Origin: Candidatus Latescibacterota bacterium
GTDB taxonomy: Bacteria; Latescibacterota; UBA2968; UBA8231
Direction: 5' to 3'
Assembly: GCA_965205655.1 (NCBI GenBank)
Contig: CBDBIJ010000022.1
Location: 113,546-177,545, forward strand
DNA length: 64,000 nt
The notes under the pieces were generated by a model, which worked only from the letters and a program-made list of their open reading frames with translations, was not told the origin of the DNA and did not search any database. The position numbers and the translations under genes are program-made. Of this stretch, positions 47,492 to 57,806 are shown in pieces. Each line of letters opens with the position of its first letter. Positions within the stretch are counted from its first letter, which is position 1.

Positions 47492-48289
47492 CTATTTGGT
47501 TCCTCCCACCAGCTGTTCCCAGCACTGCCTCCTGATGGACCGCTCTTTGTAGTGATCGGATTGCCCCACGCCGAGCGGGTTCGCAAACGTGAGAATATTG
47601 TTGACGTGCTCCAGATCCCGGCGCCCGTAGTTGCGCGGTTTGTCCATGCAGGCCGGATCATGGTTCCACGTCGGCTCAGTGTTTTCCTTTGTACGACGGA
47701 AGAGGAACTTGATCATGTGTCGCTGCGCCGCGGTGCGATTCGCAGCGGTGCCATGCCAGATGTCGTAGTGCGTAAAGGCGACGGTGCCGGCTTTGACCAC
47801 AAGCGGGACCTGGCCCTTGATGTTCGTGTAGGTCGCCATGCGGTCCGTGGGCGCGTTGCGAAACTGCGTCCCAGGGACGACGATCGTCGGTCCCATATCG
47901 GCGGTAACCTCGCGCGGATAGTAGAGCCCGAGAAACCGGTCCATCCGATTGTCGCGGTTGTTTGTTCCGTCCTGGTGCCACGGCATATGATCGGTCTCCG
48001 GCTGCCTACAGTGCCAGTGGCGGTGCGACTGCAACTCGTAGTCCGACCCCAGCAGGCTGATCAGCACACCTCTGACGCTGCTGTGGTCGAGCACCTGCCA
48101 CAACTCGGGCACGGCCTCCGCGATCGCGTCGCCCGGGTTCTCCATCAGCGCGTCCAGCTTTGCTGCGATCGTCTCGTTCAGCCCATCGGGAAAGTCCGGT
48201 TCGACGGTGTGGTAGCCGTTGACGATCAAGTTCGCCACCTCTATGTCCGTCAGCAGATGTTCGCTGCCGATTGCTGCCTCACTGCTCAC
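47492..48289 (-). CDS. Phytanoyl-CoA dioxygenase (PhyH) family Fe/2OG enzyme
   Basis: WHQDG, GPT.VVPGT, IWHG (HxD...H triad). Confidence 0.85.
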   Translation of the reverse strand: MSSEAAIGSEHLLTDIEVANLIVNGYHTVEPDFPDGLNETIAAKLDALMENPGDAIAEAVPELWQVLDHSSVRGVLISLLGSDYELQSHRHWHCRQPETDHMPWHQDGTNNRDNRMDRFLGLYYPREVTADMGPTIVVPGTQFRNAPTDRMATYTNIKGQVPLVVKAGTVAFTHYDIWHGTAANRTAAQRHMIKFLFRRTKENTEPTWNHDPACMDKPRNYGRRDLEHVNNILTFANPLGVGQSDHYKERSIRRQCWEQLVGGTK

Positions 48290-48560
48290 TCACCGCCTCC
48301 ATCTTTTGAAGTATGAACTCGTATCCCACCACCTCTAGGTCGTGGTCGTCGATGGGTGCCTGCTGATGTGGGAATTGCACGATCTGCCAGCCATCCACAA
48401 TTGCGTCGTGAACGGTCTCGTACGGCCACTCCATCTCCTCGGCACTGATCTCCGCCCGATGGCCCGGAGTCGGTTCGATCTGCGTTAGCCCGATGACGCT
48501 GGAGTACACGCTCGGTGTACGCGCGTGCAGATACAGCAGTCGCTGTCGATGTTCCTTCAT
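48279..48560 (-). CDS. Small hypothetical protein coupled to the PhyH gene
   Basis: Overlaps the PhyH start; RQRLLYLH...PYETVHDAIVDGWQIVQFP...EFILQK. Confidence 0.65.
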   Translation of the reverse strand: MKEHRQRLLYLHARTPSVYSSVIGLTQIEPTPGHRAEISAEEMEWPYETVHDAIVDGWQIVQFPHQQAPIDDHDLEVVGYEFILQKMEAVSEQ

Positions 48561-48620
48561 TTTTCACCGAAGCAAAAGATAGCCAGGGACTTTTGGAGAT
48601 GAAAGCACAACCGCATGCTT

Positions 48621-49376
48621 TCATCCCCTTCCGACCAAGGGCATTTTCGTCGCCATCACGGTGATGAACTGCACGTTGGCGTCCAGCGGAAGACTCGCCA
48701 TGTAGACGACGGCGTTGGCGACGTGGTCGGCATCTATTCTCGGCTCCGCCGCCGTTGTGCCGTTTGCCTGGGGTACGCCTTTTGCCAGCCTCTCCGTCAT
48801 CGCTGTCACCGCATTGCCGATATCGATCTGCCCGCAGGCGATGTCGTACTTGCGCCCGTCGAGCGAGGTCGATTTCGTCAGGCCGGTTATGGCGTGCTTC
48901 GTCGCCGTGTAGGGAGCCGAGTCCGGTCTAGGTGCTTGAGCCGATACGGAGGCGTTGTTGATGATGCGCCCGCCCATCGGCTCCTGGCTCTTCATGATCT
49001 TGAACGCCTCCTGGGTGCACAGAAACGAGCCGGTCAGATTCACCTTCACGATCGCCGTCCACTGATCGAAAGGCAGGTCTTCGAGCAGCACGGGCGGAGC
49101 GCCCGTTCCCGCGTTGTTGAACAGCACATCGAGCCTGCCGAAGGTTTCCTTCACCCTGGCGAACAGAGCCTGCACCGAGGCCGGATCCGTCACATCGGTC
49201 GGCACCGCGAGTGCCTGAGAGCCGGCCGGCGCCTCAGACACGGTCGACTCGAGGACACCCGCGCGGCGGCCGGCGACGGCTACGGCGTATCCCTCCTTCA
49301 ACAGCGCCATCGCCGTGTGCTTTCCCACCCCGGATCCTCCACCCGTAATGACCGCGACCCTTCCGTTTGAGCTCAT
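48621..49376 (-). CDS. SDR oxidoreductase
   Basis: [28 protein letters not shown]. Confidence 0.9.
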   Translation of the reverse strand: MSSNGRVAVITGGGSGVGKHTAMALLKEGYAVAVAGRRAGVLESTVSEAPAGSQALAVPTDVTDPASVQALFARVKETFGRLDVLFNNAGTGAPPVLLEDLPFDQWTAIVKVNLTGSFLCTQEAFKIMKSQEPMGGRIINNASVSAQAPRPDSAPYTATKHAITGLTKSTSLDGRKYDIACGQIDIGNAVTAMTERLAKGVPQANGTTAAEPRIDADHVANAVVYMASLPLDANVQFITVMATKMPLVGRG

Positions 49377-49440
49377 CAACTGTCCTCCTGTCACAACAAT
49401 TCAGGGTGCACCCGCATCGCCGCGTTCGCGCTCTGACTCT

Positions 49441-50496
49441 CTATCCCCATGCTTCGCGCAGCTGCCGAATCCAGTTGCCATGCATGATGTTGGCGATGTC
49501 CTCGCCTGAGTAGCCCCGACGCTCCAGAATGGCGGGGATCCTCTGAAGGTCGGCTACTGTGTCGATATCCGCGGGTGCCTGCTCCCTGCCGTAGCCACCG
49601 TCGAGGTCGGTACCGATCGCCACATGATTGGCATTGCCCGCGATGTGACACACGTGGTCCATGTGATCGACGACGGTCTCCAGCGTCATGCCGGTGTTGT
49701 CCATCGCCTCCCTGTCCCACTCCGGCGACAGCATCCACACGTCGAAGGCGGTACCGATGACGCCGCCGCGCTTCACGAGCGTGTCGACCTGCGCGTCGTC
49801 GAGTTGGCGATCGTGATCGCACAGGGCGCGACAGCCGTTGTGCGTCGCCAGCACAGGCCCGCTGAAAATGTCGAGTGCCTCCCAGAACGCCTGCTCGGCG
49901 AGGTGGCTGACATCGAGGATCATGCCGGCGGCGTCGAGCGCTTTCAGCAACGGCTCGCCGCGGTCCGTCAGCCCGCCCGGCGCCTGGGTGCCGTGGGCGT
50001 AGGCGCTGCGACCGTAGTGGCAGAGACTGACGATGCGCAACCCCTCCTCCCACCATTCGGAGATGTACTCCTCGCTCGGGATGCCGTCAGCGCCCTCCAT
50101 GCTCAGAATATACCCCAGCGGCGCGGCATCGCGGTCGTTTTCCCACTCGTGCAGATGGGCCGTCAACCCTTCCGCGTCGCGCACTTGCCGCAGCACCCCC
50201 TTGCTCTCCATGAGTTGATAGTAGGCGAGCTCACCTTTGCATTTTGCATAGGCGATGTCCTGGGTGCGGACGCCGTGGAAGCGCTTTCCGAAAGAGGCGA
50301 GCCGGCAGTGGACGGTGTAGAAGCTGAGGCCGAATTCGCCGCGGCGCAGCTCCTCGAAGCAGCTGACGTTGGCGCCGCGCCCTTTCCCGGCTATGCCTGC
50401 TTCCGATTCCCTGATCTTCGAGATTGGCTGCAGCAGATCGCGATTCCACTCCAGGGCGTTGTAGGCCACGTCGAGATGCGAGTCGATGATGAGCAT
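49441..50496 (-). CDS. Membrane dipeptidase (peptidase M19)
   Basis: DSHLD, SMEGA, LDVSH, ATH, IGTDLDGG, GNW. Confidence 0.9.
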   Translation of the reverse strand: MLIIDSHLDVAYNALEWNRDLLQPISKIRESEAGIAGKGRGANVSCFEELRRGEFGLSFYTVHCRLASFGKRFHGVRTQDIAYAKCKGELAYYQLMESKGVLRQVRDAEGLTAHLHEWENDRDAAPLGYILSMEGADGIPSEEYISEWWEEGLRIVSLCHYGRSAYAHGTQAPGGLTDRGEPLLKALDAAGMILDVSHLAEQAFWEALDIFSGPVLATHNGCRALCDHDRQLDDAQVDTLVKRGGVIGTAFDVWMLSPEWDREAMDNTGMTLETVVDHMDHVCHIAGNANHVAIGTDLDGGYGREQAPADIDTVADLQRIPAILERRGYSGEDIANIMHGNWIRQLREAWG

Positions 50497-50704
50497 GGAT
50501 GTGGACGCCTCCTGCGCTCAACAGTACACGAAACACGAAATAAAAGGGCTTACCGGCCGCACCTTCGTCTGGACAGCGCCACAGCGTGTCGCCTTACTCT
50601 GAGCCACCGAGTCGGGTGTCGGGTAACCTCGGTGACTGGCGCTTTCAGTTCATAGCTCTGATCGTCTGATCGCCGCAAACATAGTCGCCTCTCATCGCGG
50701 CGCA

Positions 50705-51710
50705 ATGAAGGCCAGCGTCATGACTGTATGGGACTGGAGCCTCGTCTTCATCGCCAACTGGGTCGGCGTCGTGGCCGGCTGGGCCATCGCCGGCTTTTTC
50801 ATCTTCCTGCCGATGTATCGCATCGGCATATACACGAACGCCGAGTACCTCGAGGCCAGATTCGGCGTTGCCGTTCGCGTCATCTGCGCCTTCGTCCAGG
50901 TTCAGTACCGCACCCTCGTCCTCGCTATCATCGCCACCACCGCATTCCTCGTGCTCACCATCGTCAGTGGCTGGGACGCTCCCACGGCCTGGGCCGTCGG
51001 TGGCGGCATCGCCCTGCTCGCGACCATCTACACCGCACTTGGTGGCTTACGCACTGTCGCCGTGACTGACGCTCTCCAGTTTTGTGTCATGACGGCCGCA
51101 GGTCTCGCCATCTGGTTCGTGGTTTGGGGGAAGGGTCGGCGGCTGGAGCGGTGTGAAGGAGCGTCTGGTCGATGCCGATCTGCCATCGCAGCTGCTCCAC
51201 ATCGGCGCCGATAGGGACGGTACCCCAGGGTGGGTCGTCGCCCTCGCCTTCGTCATCATCGGCGTGGCCTACTCCGTCGTCAACCACACCCAGGCCATGC
51301 GCATGTTTGCCTCGCGCAACGAGTGGCACCTGAAGATGTCCGTGTTCGCCGCCTCCGTGCCGCTCATCATCATGACGTTCTGCAACCTGTCGATCGGCGT
51401 CATGGGTCGGGCGCTCATTCCGGAGCATGGCGATCTTCCCCGAGCGCGGCAGGATGCCATCTACCCCTTCCTCGCCAGCCAAATCGACACGATCGGCTTG
51501 AAGGGGGCTCGTCGTCGCCGGCATTCTCGCGTCGGCCAGTGGCTGACACCCGTCATCATCTTCGGATCGTTCGCCTACGTGCCCCTCATGCTCGAAAGCG
51601 GCATGCTCCTCTTCTACCTACCCCAGGACGCTCACTTATGGGCGCCTGGTTTTGAGCGTCGCGAAGGCTGCCAGAATGGCACTCGACTGAAGCGGGTGGC
51701 CGTTCGGTAG
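50705..51710 (+). pseudogene. Sodium:solute symporter remnant
   Basis: TNAEYLEARFG, GGLRTVAVTD. N- and C-terminal parts are absent, with frameshifts near 51132 and 51505 and an internal deletion after GLVVAGILA. Confidence 0.8.
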
Positions 51711-51896
51711 GGCCCGAGCATCGGAAATGCGGTGTTTGGTGACATAATTTCGGCAACATGGAGCAATAAAGTAGAAGCGCGTTATAAGCGCCGGATCAAC
51801 ATATTTTTCGTGCCGACACACCTAGCTCTATTCAGTGTCTCCATGGGAAAAGCGATAAAGACATATCGCGTCGCCATCCGGCCCGGGTCGCATGAA

Positions 51897-53055
51897 CTAC
51901 GTGAACAACCTGATGAACGGCTCGTAGCAATAGCGTCGGTTTCTTCGCCTTCCCGTCATCTCCCGCAACAATCCCTCTTCCTCGAATCGACGCACGAGCT
52001 CGTTGGCGTTGGCGAAGGTGCGATCGATCGCCCGAGAGACGCCGTGGACGGAGATGATCGGGTTGGCCGCCAGCGCGTCGAGGAGCGCCAGCGCCGAACG
52101 AGACGACCCCTTCAGTCGCTTCAGCTGCTGTCGATGCCGACTTCGCAGCCTTGCCAGTGATCCGATCATCGCAATACTTTCGTCCACGGCCTCGCGAATG
52201 CCTCTTAGAAAATAGCGGATCCATCCCTCCAAATCCCCTTTCTCGCGGACCTGCTCGAGCCGGAAGAAGTGCTCGGTCGGATCGCGAGCGAAGCACGAGG
52301 AAAGGCTCAGCAGCTCAGGTGTCATTCCTCGCTCCTGACTCAGCATGAGCGGGCTCATCAGTCGTGCCATCCGCCCGCTTCCGTCGACGAAAGGGAATAC
52401 GGTCTCGAGCTGGCAGGAGGCCATGGCGATTTTCATCAGCGGCGATACCGAGGCGCGCGCGCGCAAATGCCGTCAACCGATCTGTGAGGTCGGGCACCAG
52501 TCGTGCCAGCGGCGGCACATATCTGGCGGTATGGATGGTGCTCCCCGGCGGACCGATCCAGATCTGCGATGTCCGCAAAGCTCCAGGGCTGGCATCTCGA
52601 CCTCTCACACCTTCGAACAACCGCGTATGCAGCATCTGCAGGAACTCGGTCGAAAACTCCTCCTTCCGGAGCCGCTCTATTCCCCATCTGATGAGATCCG
52701 CGTAGTTGAGCGCAAGGCGAAGCTCGGCCGATGCCTGCGGCTGACGCCCTGCCGCTGCCTCTGCGCGCCACCAAAGTATCTCGGTTAGCGAGATTTCGCT
52801 CCCGTCGATAAAACTCGAGGAAACCGCCTCCTTCGCCAGGAGAATCGCGGCAAAGGAGTCTGGCGAGCGGAGACATTCGCCGTATCCGGCTAGCCACCCC
52901 AGCCCCCGTTCCGCCTCGGAGAGGAGCTGCCACAAGGATTGATCCATCTGTATTGGCAGAAACTCCGGCAAATCCTTCGGAACAAAGACTGAGAATCCGC
53001 CAGTCTGGGGTTCGAACCAGCCAGTTCTTGTCTCTCTCGCTTCTGAGGCAGCCAT
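51897..53055 (-). CDS. Fic family protein (Fic_N + Fic + wHTH) with a degenerate active site; frameshift in (GC)6 at 52453-52464
   Basis: KEAVSSSFIDG, PGALRTSQIWIG, FPFVDGSGRMAR, LLREMTGRRRNRRY. Confidence 0.85.
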
Positions 53056-53278
53056 TTTGCCGACAATATATTAAATTATAGATTCAAAATCAATAATATG
53101 AGTCTTGCGGTCAACCCCTGCCCTGGTTCTCGCGACAAGCCGCCATCGACTCTCACTCCCTGGTCAAGATTCGGTTAGCATCCAGCGCCTGATCCTTCAG
53201 CCAAATCTGCAAAGGGCCCAGCCCAGGGAAGGTTAATCAAGCGCGATCTGGCAATAGAATGCAAACCTTGCGCGATAC

Positions 53279-53312
53279 TGTTATAATCTAGTCGTAAAAA
53301 TAATAACGACTA
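53279..53312 (+). promoter_or_regulatory. Extended -10 element followed by an inverted repeat (possible operator)
   Basis: TG-T-TATAAT at 53279-53287; TAGTCGT-N10-ACGACTA at 53289-53312. Confidence 0.4.
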
Positions 53313-53517
53313 TCGATGAACTTGACAGGGCTTGACAAGGCGGTCAATCGGATCTGGAGACCACACACACATGCATGCGTGTCGGAGCCCCGAAATCTGT
53401 TCGGGTTGGATTGGACGACGATCCTCGACCTGTACGTCGAGAGCTATATTAAACTGTTGTAGAAAAAACGATAATTCAATCAGAAGGGAGGGCTTGGTCC
53501 AGGACCGGTCGATCGTG

Positions 53518-54384
53518 TCAGAATCCGAGGTTCAACTGCCGTCGACCGCCGTAGTGCCGCAGTCGCAGCCACTCTGTCAAGTATTCTTTCAGATGACTCT
53601 GACAATTCTTGGTCGCCTCGTCACGGAGAAACTCTTCCAGAAGTTCCTGCTCGCGCTGGTAACCCTCGGATGAAAAGAAACCGCCCAGATGCGCCAGACG
53701 TAGCCACAGGAGATACGTGGTGATCGCATCGAACTCGTTATATCGCACGATTTCCTCGATCTCCCCTTTCATCCACAGATCCACCACGTCTGACCCACCT
53801 CCCGAAAACTTGCCCGGTATCCCACAGGCGGTGGCCATCTCGTTCAGCGACGGCCGAGATCTGCCGCGGACTCCGAGGATGTCGATCAGGTCTACATGCC
53901 ATTCACCGCCGGCGAAGTAATCGACCCCTTCCCATGGTTTGTCCGGTCGCCTGGCGAAGCCCGGTGCCCGGACGCCGTTGACGACGGCGCGTTGCAGAAG
54001 GATGGCGAAGTCGGCGGCCCGGGAATTGAACCCCACCAGCTGCGGCTGCCGCTTCCCCACACCGTCCAGAAACCGATCGATGATCTCCGCCTCCGAGAAG
54101 TCGGCCGACTCATCTCCAAGAGGAGGCAGCGAGAACAGCCTCAACGGGGGTTCGCCTTCTTCGCTTGACCGGGTCATCACCGCGATCGACACGAGCCGGC
54201 ACAACACCGTCTTCAAGTATGGCCGCGGCGTCTCCCCATCGGCCCCACCCCGCCTCCACATTTCCTCTATGACTTCTCCGTCCTCGAGTTCGGCTGGCAA
54301 ATCATACACCAATCGACCCGTTACCGGGTCCGGGACCCATTCGGCATCGAAGACCCAGACCCGATTCTGGACTGACTTGAACAT
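53518..54384 (-). CDS. Stand-alone PolB-like 3'-5' exonuclease (DEDDy)
   Basis: ExoI FDAEW, ExoII GFNSRAADF, HVDL, ExoIII YNEFD; C-terminal QLNLGF. Confidence 0.85.
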   Translation of the reverse strand: MFKSVQNRVWVFDAEWVPDPVTGRLVYDLPAELEDGEVIEEMWRRGGADGETPRPYLKTVLCRLVSIAVMTRSSEEGEPPLRLFSLPPLGDESADFSEAEIIDRFLDGVGKRQPQLVGFNSRAADFAILLQRAVVNGVRAPGFARRPDKPWEGVDYFAGGEWHVDLIDILGVRGRSRPSLNEMATACGIPGKFSGGGSDVVDLWMKGEIEEIVRYNEFDAITTYLLWLRLAHLGGFFSSEGYQREQELLEEFLRDEATKNCQSHLKEYLTEWLRLRHYGGRRQLNLGF

Positions 54385-54397
54385 CCTTCCCTTTCCG

Positions 54398-54433
54398 AAA
54401 CAGAAACGGTCCGGTGACCGGACACCGGACCGT
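54398..54433 (-). terminator. Intrinsic terminator downstream of purM
   Basis: Perfect 11-bp stem ACGGTCCGGTG/CACCGGACCGT (54406-54433), followed on the minus strand by TTCTGTTT. Confidence 0.6.
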
Positions 54434-54466
54434 CGGTGTCAGCTTGCCGCGCTCGTGGCGCTGGGC

Positions 54467-55576
54467 TCAGTAGGTTCGGAACCGATCTCCCTCTCCGATG
54501 AGCTGCCTCGGCTCCACCATCACCTTTCCGTCGAGGCTCTCGAGGGGGTAGCCGAGGTGCCAACTGTCGAATCCGTACCTGCCGGCAATCTGCTTCACGA
54601 GCTCGGCGTCATGCATGGGAACGACGACTGCGAAACCAACTCCCATGTTAAAAACGGTGAACATTTCCTCATCGCTCACCTTACCACCGCTCTGGATGAG
54701 GTCGAATACCGGGTCTGGCTCGGGAACGGACTCGATCTTGAAGCCAACCGGGCTGCGCACCCGCAGTAGATTGAGCAGACCGTCGCCGGTGATGTGGCTG
54801 AACGCCTTCACTCGGGCACCTTCACTGAGCATATCGAGGGCCGCGCGCACGTAGATGGCGGTGGGCCGCAGCAGTTCATCTCCCACCGTGTGCCCCAGCT
54901 CGCTCACCTGTTCGTGAATGGACAGTCCCAGTTGCTCGAACAGGACCCGACGGGCGAGACTGAAGCCGTTGCTGTGGAGGCCGTTGCTTTTCAGGCCGAC
55001 GACGACATCGTCCTCGTCGATGCCATCGCCCACCACGAGCCCATCGAGCGCCACCGTGCCGACGGCCGTGCCGACGAGATCGAAGCCGGACCCGTCGCGG
55101 TAACCGTGCAACATCTCCCCGATCTGAGAGATCTCACCCCCGGGTATGGACACGTTGGCCAGTTCGGCGCCGCGATACAGACCCTCGCCGATTTTCTCGA
55201 AGACAGCCGGATCCGCCCTTTGCACTGCGAGGTAATCGACCATGGCAATCGGTCGGGCGCCGACGCAGACGAGATCGTTGACGTTCATGGCCACACAGTC
55301 GATACCGACGGTGTCGTAGCGGTCGGCCATCTCGGCGACCCGCAGCTTCGTTCCCACCCCGTCTGTGGTAATCGCCAGGCCGGTATTGTTCCCCAGATCG
55401 AGAACGGAGGCAAAGAACCCCGATTCCAGGATAGACTGACCCACGCCGCTGCCGTCGCAGTGGTCGTGCCCGGCCCGTCCGACCCAGGCCACGAGGCGGC
55501 TCAGGGCGCCGTGGGCGGCGTCGACATCCACTCCGGCCTCCCGGTAGGTCAACTGCTTCCCTTCGCTCATCGACAT
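54467..55576 (-). CDS. purM: Phosphoribosylformylglycinamidine cyclo-ligase (AIR synthetase)
   Basis: YREAGVD, TDGVGTK, AMNVNDL, SNGLHSNGFSL, HITGDG, FNMGVG. Confidence 0.95.
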   Translation of the reverse strand: MSMSEGKQLTYREAGVDVDAAHGALSRLVAWVGRAGHDHCDGSGVGQSILESGFFASVLDLGNNTGLAITTDGVGTKLRVAEMADRYDTVGIDCVAMNVNDLVCVGARPIAMVDYLAVQRADPAVFEKIGEGLYRGAELANVSIPGGEISQIGEMLHGYRDGSGFDLVGTAVGTVALDGLVVGDGIDEDDVVVGLKSNGLHSNGFSLARRVLFEQLGLSIHEQVSELGHTVGDELLRPTAIYVRAALDMLSEGARVKAFSHITGDGLLNLLRVRSPVGFKIESVPEPDPVFDLIQSGGKVSDEEMFTVFNMGVGFAVVVPMHDAELVKQIAGRYGFDSWHLGYPLESLDGKVMVEPRQLIGEGDRFRTY

Positions 55577-55831
55577 GTCTCTTCTTCACGCCCGAAGTCG
55601 CACAATCGAACCATGTCCTCACGCTCTCGAGACAATGTACGCGCCCTGTATGGGCCCTGCAATTTGCTTTTCGGCCCTTTTCAGGCACTGTCGTTTTCTG
55701 TTGGCGTTGACGCTGTTTTTTTCACACATTACCGGGTTATTACGTCACGTGGCCGAGTAGCCTGAGATGAGCGCTGGCGGGCGCCGCGCTCATCGATGGA
55801 CAGAGGCGCCGGTCCGAAAGGAGAGTTCCCC

Positions 55832-56356
55832 ATGGATCTCACCACGAACATCTTCGCCGGCGTCATCATCGTTCTCATCGTGTTGAATATCTACCAGTTT
55901 CTCATTCAGCGGGCAGCCCTGCGAGTCGCCGAGATCCTCTACGTCATGGCCGGAAACGTGCGCGCAAAGGCCCAGGAGGTGCGTCGCGACGAAAAGGATG
56001 TCGAGATCATCGAAGCCCATCTCTTCGACATCGCCACCTCCGCTCGCAGCATCCTGCGCGCCCTGGGTAGGGCCGAGGAGTCGCTTGGCCCGGATCCGGC
56101 GCTGACGGTTTCCACGAACGGCAGCCGCATGTCCTCGGACAGTCTCCTGCAGCTCGCGGACAACATCTTCTTCTCCGTCACCGAGGACAGCCCCGACTCG
56201 CCGTGGGAGGATATCCAGGACACCGCCCTGGAGCGGTTTCGAAAGAGAGTACCGAACATGGATGCCGAGGCGGCCCGCAAGATCGTCACCGTCGTCGCGC
56301 ACCAGTTCCAAAAGGACAGCAAGAAGGCAAGTTTCGCATTCGCGAAACAGGGGTAA
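55832..56356 (+). CDS. Hypothetical protein with a single N-terminal TM helix
   Basis: AGGAG SD; hydrophobic N-terminus and helical body. Confidence 0.7.
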   Translation: MDLTTNIFAGVIIVLIVLNIYQFLIQRAALRVAEILYVMAGNVRAKAQEVRRDEKDVEIIEAHLFDIATSARSILRALGRAEESLGPDPALTVSTNGSRMSSDSLLQLADNIFFSVTEDSPDSPWEDIQDTALERFRKRVPNMDAEAARKIVTVVAHQFQKDSKKASFAFAKQG

Positions 56357-56394
56357 CTTTCAGAAAACCAGCACCCGCCTGTTACGGACGGACC

Positions 56395-57754
56395 TCAGGC
56401 GAAGAACTCGGCGTAGAGAGAGCGGACAGCGGCGGCGGCATCCGACTCTTTGACGCCGAACATCATGCTGACCTCGCTTGATCCCTGATTGATCATCTCC
56501 AGGTTTACGTCGGCCCTCGCGAAGGCGGCAGTCGCCCTTGCCGCGAGGCCGATGGTGTGCTGCATTCCCTCGCCGACCACCATGACGAGGGCGAGCCCCC
56601 GTTCAACGGTCACCTCGTCCACTTCCAGTTCGGTGCGAATGCGACGCAGAACACGCTCCTCTGTGGCATGATGGAAGTACTGTTCGCGCACGATGACGGA
56701 GAGGTTGTCGATACCGGAGGGGGTATGCTCGAACGGGATGGCTTCATCTTCGTAGATCTCGAGGAGCCGCCGGCCAAAACCGATCTCGCGATTCATCAGA
56801 TACTTGCTCACGTAGACGCTGCAGAAACCGCCGGTGGCGGCGATGCCGACGACCGGATCCTCGGTGAGCGAGCGTTCGGAGACGATCCTCGTTCCCGGCG
56901 CCTGCGGGTTGTTCGTGCTCTTGACCGCCACCGGGATCCCGGCGTGGAACACCGGTTTCGAGTGCCTCGTCGTGAAAGACGGAGAATCCGGCGTATGACA
57001 GTTCCCGCATTTCGCGGTACGTGATCTCGCTGACTGGTTTCGGCGCATCGACGATGGCGGGGTTGGCCGCAAAGATGGAGTCGACGTCGGTGAAGTTTTC
57101 GTACAGATCTGCATCCACCGCCGCCGCCAGAATGGCGCCTGTGATATCGGAGCCGCCGCGGGGAAAGGTGACGATCTCTCCGGACTCGGAGTAGCCGAAA
57201 AAGCCGGGGAAAATGGTGATTCCGGGCCGCTCTCGCAGACGTCGCAGCGCTCCGTACGACTGCCGCAGAATACGGGCGTTCCCGGGCTCGTCAGAGAGAA
57301 TGAGGCCGCCTTCCTTCGGGTCGAGGTAGTGCGCCTCTGCCCCGGTGGAGCGTAGGCTCTCCGCCACGAGGCGCGCCCCGTTTGCCTCGCCTGCCGCCTT
57401 GATCGAATCGGTAAAGCGTCCCCCGTCGGCTCTGTCGAGGTCGAGACGCTTCTCGAGGTCGGCCCTGACCGAGTTGAGACACGTCTCGGGCAGCCCGAGA
57501 CCTTCGACGATTTCGCCGAACCGATCGGTGACCCGTTGCAGCAGCTCGGCGGTGCTCCGGTCCGCTAGTCTCGCCTCTGCGAGCCCGATCAGGAGGTCCG
57601 TCACCTTGATGTCGTCGGCGTCCCGCTTGCCGGGCGCCGACACGACGACGACGCGGCGCTGCGGATCGGCCGTGATGATGCCGCAAACCTGCTTGACCAG
57701 TTCGGCGCTCGCCAGCGAGCTGCCGCCAAACTTCGCTACTTTGACAGCGGTCAT
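56395..57754 (-). CDS. Aspartate kinase; 1-nt frameshift at 56956-56958
   Basis: KFGGSSLA, VVVSAPG, RGGSDITG, TDVD, ELSYAG; ACT domains in ORF 56395. Confidence 0.92.
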
Positions 57755-57806
57755 GGCCCTACGGGTCGAGCATGTCGGGAAAATGCTCGGCGTACCATCG
57801 CCGCAG

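Noticed and set aside
50625..50700. GTGACTGGCG resembling the 5' part of a ZTP riboswitch
   Set aside because: The downstream GTGGG/CCAC and GCCTGGGCA elements are absent.
51897..54384. Fic plus exonuclease as an anti-phage defence system
   Set aside because: The genes are 460 bp apart, Fic is degenerate, no other defence genes are nearby, and the exonuclease sits in housekeeping context behind purM.
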